Program-made: the position numbers and the translations under genes
Assembly: GCA_963792415.1 (NCBI GenBank)
Contig: CAWBVY010000006.1
Span: 800,001 to 864,000, forward strand
Reading direction: 5' to 3'
Length of the DNA: 64,000 bases
Source of the DNA: Candidatus Deferrimicrobiaceae bacterium
Lineage (GTDB): Bacteria > Desulfobacterota > Deferrimicrobia > Deferrimicrobiales > Deferrimicrobiaceae
In this document: positions 53,720 to 64,000 of the stretch, in pieces
Position numbering within the stretch: the first letter of the stretch is position 1
Layout: each line of letters opens with the position of its first letter
The notes under the pieces: generated by a model
The model's database searches: none
Told to the model about the DNA's origin: nothing
The model's input: the letters and a program-made list of their open reading frames with translations, nothing else

Positions 53720-54562
53720 TTATTCCGCCGCGGTGGGGGCTTGCGCCGCCGCGGGAGCTTTCGGAGCGATGGAGACTTCCTCGTCCCCCTCGGTGGAGAT
53801 GAGCGACACCGTGACTTCGGGCGCCTCCGCTTCCTTGTCGATGCGGGAGGCGTTCTTCTCCGCGTAGGCCGCCTTCCCCTCGAGGATCGCGTCGGCCATC
53901 TTGGAGAGGAACAGCTTGATCGCGCGGATGGCGTCGTCGTTCCCCGGGATCACGACGTCGATCAGGTCGGGGTCGCAATTCGTGTCCACGATGGCGACGA
54001 TGGGGATCCCCAGCCGCCGGCCCTCGAGGATCGCGATCGTCTCCCGCGACGGGTCGACGACGAACATCGCGTCCGGCACGCGCCGGAGATCCCGGATGCC
54101 GCCGAGGGTCTTCTCGAGCTTGACCCGCTCCTTCTCGAGCTGCAGGACTTCCTTTTTGGGGAGCCGCTCGGCGGTGCCGTCGGTCCCGATCTCCGAAAGC
54201 TTCTGCAGACGGTCGAGGCTCTTCCGGATCGTGCTGAAGTTCGTGAGCATCCCGCCCAGCCAGCGCTGGTTGACGTACGGCGTGCCCGCCCGGCGGGCCT
54301 CCTCCTCCACCGCCTCCTGCGCCTGCTTCTTCGTTCCGACGAAGAGGACCGTCTTTCCCTCCGCCGCCATGCTCCGCACCGCCTCGTAGGCGGCCCGGAA
54401 CATCTTCACCGTCTGCTGAAGGTCGATGATGTAGATCCCGTTGCGTGCGGTGAAGATGTACCGCTTCATCTTCGGGTTCCATCGCTTCGTCTGGTGCCCG
54501 AAGTGGACCCCCGCCTCCAGCAGCTGCTTCATCGAGATTACCGAGCTCTGTCCGTTCGCCAT
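53720..54562 (-). CDS. rpsB: 30S ribosomal protein S2
   Basis: [15 protein letters not shown] and PGNDD. Confidence 0.98.
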   Translation of the reverse strand: MANGQSSVISMKQLLEAGVHFGHQTKRWNPKMKRYIFTARNGIYIIDLQQTVKMFRAAYEAVRSMAAEGKTVLFVGTKKQAQEAVEEEARRAGTPYVNQRWLGGMLTNFSTIRKSLDRLQKLSEIGTDGTAERLPKKEVLQLEKERVKLEKTLGGIRDLRRVPDAMFVVDPSRETIAILEGRRLGIPIVAIVDTNCDPDLIDVVIPGNDDAIRAIKLFLSKMADAILEGKAAYAEKNASRIDKEAEAPEVTVSLISTEGDEEVSIAPKAPAAAQAPTAAE

Positions 54563-54586
54563 CCCTTCCGTTCCTCCTTCGGTTCA

Positions 54587-54670
54587 GGGGTTGTTCCGCC
54601 GGGCGCTCCGCCCCTCCCCATTTACCCCGTCGATACGGGGCACCCCGGGGAGAGTCCCGCCCGTGGGTGA
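54587..54670 (-). promoter_or_regulatory. rpsB (S2) autoregulatory leader RNA
   Basis: CGGGCG/CGCCCG outer stem, CCCCGT/ACGGGG inner hairpin, GGGGT with downstream ACCCC (pseudoknot typical of S2 leaders); TG-n-TATAGA at about 54693-54701. Confidence 0.6.
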
Positions 54671-54698
54671 TAAACTGCAGCTAAGCCTTGCATCTATA

Positions 54699-55892
54699 TC
54701 ACGATCTATACCCCGAGTTCAACTTCACATACGCGACGCTCAGGTCGGAGAAGTAGACGTAGTCGAACCCCTTCCCCAACCCGAGGTCGACGTCGATGGC
54801 GTACGCCTCCGACCGGATCTTCGGGACGGCGCGGCGCTCCGCGGCCGGGTCGGGGCGCATCCCCCGGCGCAGCAGCGTTTCCCCGGCGAACCGCACCGAG
54901 ACCTTCATCGGGTCCACCGAGATCCCCGCACGGCCGAGCACCGCGATCACCCGGCCCCAGTTCAGGTCGGCGCCGTGGACGGCGGTTTTCACCAGCGGGG
55001 AGGAAGCGGCCGCGCGGGCCGCCTTCGTTGCATCCGCGGAGGTGCGTGCGCCGGTGACCGACAGCCGGACCACCCGGGTCGCCCCCTCTCCGTCGCGCAC
55101 GATCATCAGCGCGAGGTCCAGCAGCAGCGAGAGGAGCGCCTCCCGGAACGCGGCGAGGCCTTTCCCTTTCAGCGGGGGCAAACCGCACGCTCCGTTGGCG
55201 AAGAGAGCCGCGGTGTCGTTGGTGCTCGTGTCGCCGTCGACGACGATTCGGTTGAACGTCGCGTCGGTCGCCTCCCGCAGCAGGCGGCGGGCGGTGGAGG
55301 GCGCCAGTGCCGCGTCGGTGAACGCGTAGGCGAGCATCGTCCCCATGTTCGGTGCGATCATCCCGGCGCCCTTCGCGATCGCGCCGATCGTGACCGTGCG
55401 CCCCCCCACGCGGATCTTCCGGATCCCGCGCTTCGGGAAGGCGTCCGTCGTGCAGATCGCCTCCCCCGCCCCGGCGATCCCCTTCGGGGAGAGGCGGGCG
55501 GCGAGGCCCGGCAGGGCCGCGACGATCTTCTCCACCGGCAGCGGTACGCCGATGACGCCGGTGGAGCCGATCAGCAGCGAATCGGCCGGCAGACCGAGGG
55601 CTTCGACGGCCGCCCGGGACGTCTCGCGGACCGCGTGGATCCCGGCGGTTCCGGTGCAGGCGTTCGCGTTGCCGCTGTTCGCCACGATCCCGCGCAGTCG
55701 GGAGCGGGCGCGCAGCGCCTTCCCCCAGACGACGGGGGCGGCCGCCACCTTGTTCCTCGTGAAGACCACGGCGGAGACGCACGGACGGTCGCTGACCACC
55801 AGCGCGAGGTCCGGCTTCCCGGTCTTCTTGATCCCGCAGAAATCCGCGGAGGCCCGGAACCCGGGAACGACGATCTCCTCCGGCAGCTTCAT
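54699..55892 (-). CDS. argJ: Ornithine acetyltransferase ArgJ
   Basis: NSGNANACTG, KGAGMIAPNMGTML, DTSTND and DGEGA. Confidence 0.96.
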   Translation of the reverse strand: MKLPEEIVVPGFRASADFCGIKKTGKPDLALVVSDRPCVSAVVFTRNKVAAAPVVWGKALRARSRLRGIVANSGNANACTGTAGIHAVRETSRAAVEALGLPADSLLIGSTGVIGVPLPVEKIVAALPGLAARLSPKGIAGAGEAICTTDAFPKRGIRKIRVGGRTVTIGAIAKGAGMIAPNMGTMLAYAFTDAALAPSTARRLLREATDATFNRIVVDGDTSTNDTAALFANGACGLPPLKGKGLAAFREALLSLLLDLALMIVRDGEGATRVVRLSVTGARTSADATKAARAAASSPLVKTAVHGADLNWGRVIAVLGRAGISVDPMKVSVRFAGETLLRRGMRPDPAAERRAVPKIRSEAYAIDVDLGLGKGFDYVYFSDLSVAYVKLNSGYRS

Positions 55893-55896
55893 CCCC

Positions 55897-58443
<2,547 letters not shown>

Positions 58444-58468
58444 GATGGGAAGCCCCGCGGAGGATCCG

Positions 58469-59350
58469 TCAGTTCAGAAATCGCGCGGGGTTCACCGGGA
58501 GGCCGTTGACGCGGACCTCGTAGTGCAGGTGGGGCCCTGTGGAACGCCCCGTGGAACCGACTTTCCCCAGTTTCTCTCCCCGGTTGACGAACTCCCCCTC
58601 TTCGACGCTGCGCGACGACAGGTGGGCATAGATGGAACGATACCCCGCTCCGTGGTCGAGGACGACCATGTTCCCGTACAGCGCCTCGTAGCCGCTCTTC
58701 ACCACGACGCCCGAAGCCGACGCCAGGACCGGCATTCCCGTCCTGGCGACGATGTCCAGGCCGTGGTGGAAGACGGGGGTTTCTGTGAACGGGGAGCTGC
58801 GCACCCCGAACGCGGAGGAAAGGGTCCCTCGCACGGGCCAGCCGCCCGGAATGCTTTCGAGAAGCAGCCTGCGGCTGTCGAGGGTTTCTCCGAGAACGTC
58901 GAGGTCGTTCACGTCGACCAGGAGGTCCTGCTTCATCCGGTCGAACTTGAGGTCGAGCAGCTTGTCGAGGCGGTCCGCAGCCGACGTCTCGGGGGTCTCC
59001 GCCCCGCCGACACCCTTCGGCGATTTCCGCCGGAGGGAGTCGTTGACCTTCACCAGCGACCGGATCCGGTTGTCCATGGCCCGGAGGCGCTCCACCTCGG
59101 CCGAAAGTCCCCCGAACTTGGTGTCCAGGTGATACAGCGCAAGGTTCTGTTCGGACACCCGCTCGCGCAGCGCCCGCAATTCGTGCAATTTCGATATGTT
59201 ATCGCGGATATCGTAGATCCCCTGGGTCAGAAGGACGAACAGGACCCCGAGAACGGAGGCGGCGACCATAGCGGCGGTGCGCCCGACCCGGACTTCCCGG
59301 GATCGACCGGCATACCCGACGCGGAATGTGAACAGAGGATCCCCGGACAA
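58469..59350 (-). CDS. M23 family metallopeptidase (TM plus coiled coil)
   Basis: HHGLD, YAHL and [10 protein letters not shown]; start uncertain (TTG 59350). Confidence 0.9.
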   Translation of the reverse strand: MSGDPLFTFRVGYAGRSREVRVGRTAAMVAASVLGVLFVLLTQGIYDIRDNISKLHELRALRERVSEQNLALYHLDTKFGGLSAEVERLRAMDNRIRSLVKVNDSLRRKSPKGVGGAETPETSAADRLDKLLDLKFDRMKQDLLVDVNDLDVLGETLDSRRLLLESIPGGWPVRGTLSSAFGVRSSPFTETPVFHHGLDIVARTGMPVLASASGVVVKSGYEALYGNMVVLDHGAGYRSIYAHLSSRSVEEGEFVNRGEKLGKVGSTGRSTGPHLHYEVRVNGLPVNPARFLN

Positions 59351-59456
59351 CCGACCCCACCCCCATTGTGGAAAGGAAAAGAGAGGACAGGGTAGCACAC
59401 GAGGATCGCCGCTGTCAATGGAATGAAAACCGAAAGAAAATCGGTGGGATGCACTA

Positions 59457-59645
59457 TCACTCGCCCACCGCCTTCTTCTTGGTCCCGCGGGCCGGCTCCC
59501 GATTCTTGGCGACGACGGGGTCCACAATCTCGCCGCAGTTCACGCACCTCCAGGAGTAGAACAGGGTCAGCATATCCTGGAAGCGCTCGAATACCATCGC
59601 GCCGTCGCACCGGGGGCACCGCACTCTTTTGTCGTTGTTGACCAT
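59457..59645 (-). CDS. Small zinc-ribbon protein (62 aa)
   Basis: CPRC...WRCVNCGEIVD; AAAGGAGG RBS. Confidence 0.75.
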   Translation of the reverse strand: MVNNDKRVRCPRCDGAMVFERFQDMLTLFYSWRCVNCGEIVDPVVAKNREPARGTKKKAVGE

Positions 59646-59788
59646 TTCCCGATCCCTCCTTTACCTTATCGATGCTCCGGGAACGGTTTTGGTTCCAATT
59701 GCAGGTTGCGGATCGCTTCCTCCCTGCCATATTATAGGTTGGCAGATGCCGAGGGAAATCCTCCTCCGGCAAGGAGTACCTCGAGAAA

Positions 59789-61672
59789 ATGGCGAAGAAA
59801 CGGCTAGGGGAATTTCTACTCGAGTCCGGCCTCCTTGACGAGAAGGGGCTGGCGCGAGCCCTCGGGGAGCAGCGCACGAAGCGGGGAAAACTCGGGGAGG
59901 TGATCGTCACCCTCGGGCTGGCCACGGAGCAGGAGATCTGCCTGACCCTCTCCCAGCAGCTGGGAATCCCCACGATCGACCTGAAGAACACCCCCGTGGA
60001 GCCCCAGGCGATCGAGCTCATCCAGGAAAAGGTCGCACGGAAACATCTGATCATCCCCGTCGCGATCGACCAGCGCGACCTTCACATCGCGATGGCCGAC
60101 CCGTTGAGCTTCGAGGCGTTCGAGGATGTCCGGTTCGCCTCCGGCTTCACCATCAGGCCGTTCATCGCCCCCCGGTCCGACATCCTCTGGGCGATCGACC
60201 AGCATTACCACCTCGGGTCGTCCCTCAGCACCATCGTCAAGGACATCGTGGATGAGCGACAGATCGAGGTGCTGCACGACTCCCAGGACACCGAGGGGAG
60301 GGACCTCGACGATCTGCGGAAGAAGTCCGAGGCCGCCCCCGTCATCCGGATGGTGAACCTGATCGTCGCCGAGGCGGTCGACCAGAGGGCCTCCGACATC
60401 CACGTGGAGCCGACGAAGACGGCCCTCCAGATCCGTCACCGGGTCGACGGGCTCCTGCGCAAGACGATGGACCTTCCGAAATGGGTCCAGGGGGCGGTCG
60501 TGTCGCGGATCAAGATCATGGCGAGGATGGACATCGCCGAGAAGCGGCTCCCGCAGGACGGCCGGATCGGCGTCCGCGTCGGGGGGCGCAGCCTCGACCT
60601 GCGGGTCTCCACGGTCCCGGCCAATTACGGGGAGAAGGTGGTCATCCGGATCCTCGACTCGGCCAACGCGAACATCCCGCTGGAGTCGATCGGGTTCTCC
60701 CCCGGGGAACTGGTGAAGATGGAGGAGATCATCTCCCGTCCGCAGGGGATCCTCCTCATCACGGGACCCACCGGGTCCGGAAAGACGACCACCCTGTACG
60801 GGATCCTGAACCGGATCAAATCCGCCGAGGACAACATCACGACGATCGAAGACCCGATCGAGTACGAACTTGCGGGGATCAACCAGGTGGCGGTCCAGGA
60901 GAAGATCGGCCTCAGCTTCGCCGTCATGCTCCGGTCGATGCTGCGGCAGGACCCCGACATCATCATGCTGGGGGAGATGCGCGACCTGGATACGACCGCG
61001 ATCGCCGTCCAGGCGGCCCTCACGGGGCACCTGGTGTTCTCCACGATCCACACGAACTCCTCCGTGGCGACGATCACCCGGCTTCGCGACCTCGGGGTAC
61101 CCTCCTTCCTGCTCGCCTCCACGATCATCGGAATCGTGTCGCAGCGCCTCGTCCGCAAGATCTGCCAGAAGTGCAAGACGAAGGCCGACCCCACGGAGCG
61201 GGACATCCTGCGGCTGGGGATCACCGCCGGCGTCCCCGTCTACCGGGGGGCCGGGTGCCCCGAGTGCGGCGGCACGGGATACAAGGGGCGCACCGGCATC
61301 TTCGAGATCATGACGATCACCCAGCCGATCCGGGAGCTGATCGCGAGCAACGCGACGGAGAACGAGCTCCGCCAGGCGGCGGTCTCCAGGGGGATGGTGA
61401 CGCTCGGGCGCGCCGCGCTGGAAAAGGTGATCTCCGGCATCACGACGACCGAGGAGGTGTACCGGGGGGTGGAGACCGACACCGACTTCGCATCCGTCTG
61501 CCCCCAATGCGCCACCCCCATGGAGTGCGACTTCGTCATGTGCCCGTCGTGCGGCTACTCCGCCTCCGCCACCTGCCGCGGGTGCAGCAGGATGGTCTCT
61601 CCCGGGTGGAAATTCTGCCCCTACTGCCGGCAGGACCTGCTGAAGACCGAGTCGCGGCGCAGCTTCGCCTGA
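59789..61672 (+). CDS. GspE/PilB-family ATPase with N-terminal MshEN and C-terminal double zinc ribbon
   Basis: RLGEFLLESG...Q, Walker A GPTGSGKTT, TIEDPIE, LRQDPD..GEMRD, TGHLVFSTIHTN, CQKC/CPEC, and four C-terminal CxxC. Confidence 0.92.
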   Translation: MAKKRLGEFLLESGLLDEKGLARALGEQRTKRGKLGEVIVTLGLATEQEICLTLSQQLGIPTIDLKNTPVEPQAIELIQEKVARKHLIIPVAIDQRDLHIAMADPLSFEAFEDVRFASGFTIRPFIAPRSDILWAIDQHYHLGSSLSTIVKDIVDERQIEVLHDSQDTEGRDLDDLRKKSEAAPVIRMVNLIVAEAVDQRASDIHVEPTKTALQIRHRVDGLLRKTMDLPKWVQGAVVSRIKIMARMDIAEKRLPQDGRIGVRVGGRSLDLRVSTVPANYGEKVVIRILDSANANIPLESIGFSPGELVKMEEIISRPQGILLITGPTGSGKTTTLYGILNRIKSAEDNITTIEDPIEYELAGINQVAVQEKIGLSFAVMLRSMLRQDPDIIMLGEMRDLDTTAIAVQAALTGHLVFSTIHTNSSVATITRLRDLGVPSFLLASTIIGIVSQRLVRKICQKCKTKADPTERDILRLGITAGVPVYRGAGCPECGGTGYKGRTGIFEIMTITQPIRELIASNATENELRQAAVSRGMVTLGRAALEKVISGITTTEEVYRGVETDTDFASVCPQCATPMECDFVMCPSCGYSASATCRGCSRMVSPGWKFCPYCRQDLLKTESRRSFA

Positions 61673-61684
61673 GTCAAAGCCCCC

Positions 61685-62670
61685 TTAGAGGAAGTGGCAC
61701 GCGGCGAAGCGTCCCGGGGCGACCTCGCGCAGGAGCGGGCAGACCTCCGCGCACTCCGCTCTGGCCATGAAACAGCGGGTGTGGAAGCGGCACCCTGGCG
61801 GCGGGGAGATCGGGGAGGGGATCTCCCCCGAGAGGACGATCCGTTCCGACGGAGCGTCTCCCAGCATCGGGACGGCCGACAGCAGAGAACGGGTGTACGG
61901 GTGCAGCGGCTCGCGGAACAGCTCCTGCGCAGGCCCCGTCTCCATCACCTTTCCGAGGTACATCACCGCCACAGCGTCGCTCATGTGCCGGATCACCCGG
62001 AGGTCGTGGGAGACGAACAGGTACGCCATCCCGTACTCCTCCTGGATCTCCTTGAGGAGGTTCAGGATCTGCGCCTGGACGGAGACATCGAGGGCGGACA
62101 CCGGCTCGTCGGCCACCATCAGCTTCGGGGAGAGCGCGATCGCACGGGCGATCCCGATCCGCTGGCGCTGCCCGCCGGAGAACTCGTGGGGATATTTCCC
62201 GCCCGCCTCAGCGGGCATCCCGACCCGGACGAGGAGCCGTTCGGCACGTTCCCGCAGATCCTTCCCCTTCGCCAGCCCGTGGACGAGCCACCCCTCCCCC
62301 ACGATGTCGCGCACCTTCATCCGCGGGTTCAGGGAGGAGTACGGGTCCTGGAAGACGATCTGCATCCGGCGCCGCGTCGTCCGCAGCGCCTCGCCTTCCA
62401 TGCGCGTGATGTCCTTCCCTTCGAACCGGATCGACCCGGAATCGGGGTCGAGCAGCCGGATCGCGAGGCGGGCGAGCGTCGTCTTCCCGCACCCCGACTC
62501 CCCCACCAGCCCGAGCGTCTTTCCGGGCGGAACCGAGAGGGAGACGCCGTCCACGGCGCGCACACGGAGATCGTCCCCGGAGAAGAACGACTTCCGCACC
62601 GGGAACGTCTTGTAGACGTTGACCATCGCGAGGAGCGCGCCGTCCGTTTCCGGCCGGTAGATGCCGCCGG

Positions 62671-62674
<4 letters not shown>
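61685..62674 (-). CDS. Oligo/dipeptide ABC transporter ATPase (OppF/DppF)
   Basis: GESGCGKTT, FSGGQRQR, DEPVSALD, HPYT and GCRFHTRC. Confidence 0.93.
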
Positions 62675-63711
<1,037 letters not shown>

Positions 63712-63718
63712 CGGGAGC

Positions 63719-64000
63719 TCACCGGCCTTTCAGGCGCGGGTCCGCGGCGTCACGGATCCCCTCGCCCAGGAGGTTGTACCCGAGCACGGTGATCAGGATC
63801 GCCAGTCCGGGGAAGAGGGAGAGCCACCAGGCGAACTCGATGTAATTCTTGCCGACGGTGAGGATGTTCCCCCACGAAGGGGTCGGGGGCTGGACGCCGA
63901 TCCCCAGGAACGACAAGGCCGATTCGGTGAGGATCGCCCCCGCCACCCCGAGCGTGGCCGCCACCAGGATCGGCGCCAGTGCGTTGGGCAGGATGTGCCG
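63719..64000 (-). CDS. Oligo/dipeptide ABC transporter permease (OppC/DppC), 3' part
   Basis: [20 protein letters not shown] and LGEGIRD. Confidence 0.9.
   Translation of the reverse strand, partial: RHILPNALAPILVAATLGVAGAILTESALSFLGIGVQPPTPSWGNILTVGKNYIEFAWWLSLFPGLAILITVLGYNLLGEGIRDAADPRLKGR

Overview
High-GC bacterial chromosome segment with a deltaproteobacterial-type gene order (Desulfobacterota or Deferrimicrobium/MBNT15-like; taxonomy is inferred only). Most of the window is housekeeping genes on the minus strand. In transcription order these are: oppCDF, M23 peptidase-secA-argJ, rpsB-tsf-pyrH-frr-uppS-cdsA-dxr-rseP-tsaB, ilvBNC-psd-pssA-leuCDB-asd-truA, rplM-rpsI, argC-kdsB-pyrG-kdsADC-lptCAB-rpoN-hpf-ptsN-hprK-rapZ-PTS(Man family EIIA/B/C/D)-HPr-EI, metK-ahcY, ribF-htrA-rluD-pgeF and rho-rpmE-thyX-DUF1385-prfA-prmC-murA. 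Plus-strand genes are lptFG, a TfoX-N gene and an orphan MshEN/PilB-like ATPase with a C-terminal double zinc ribbon. The one accessory region (about 32.35-37.03 kb, between truA and rplM) is a fossil integron. It has an internally deleted integron-integrase remnant and a divergent, more AT-rich array with two attC-like sites whose core triplets are non-canonical. The array carries a tautomerase, a Cys-rich protein and PfpI, followed by a hyaluronan-synthase-like GT2 and an FAH-family gene. Other points of interest are a probable CTG start for murA, a strong terminator inside the only plausible truA 5' end, and a structured ahcY leader with a SahR-like box. I saw no tRNA, rRNA or CRISPR array. 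Start codons were refined by eye from the ORF track.
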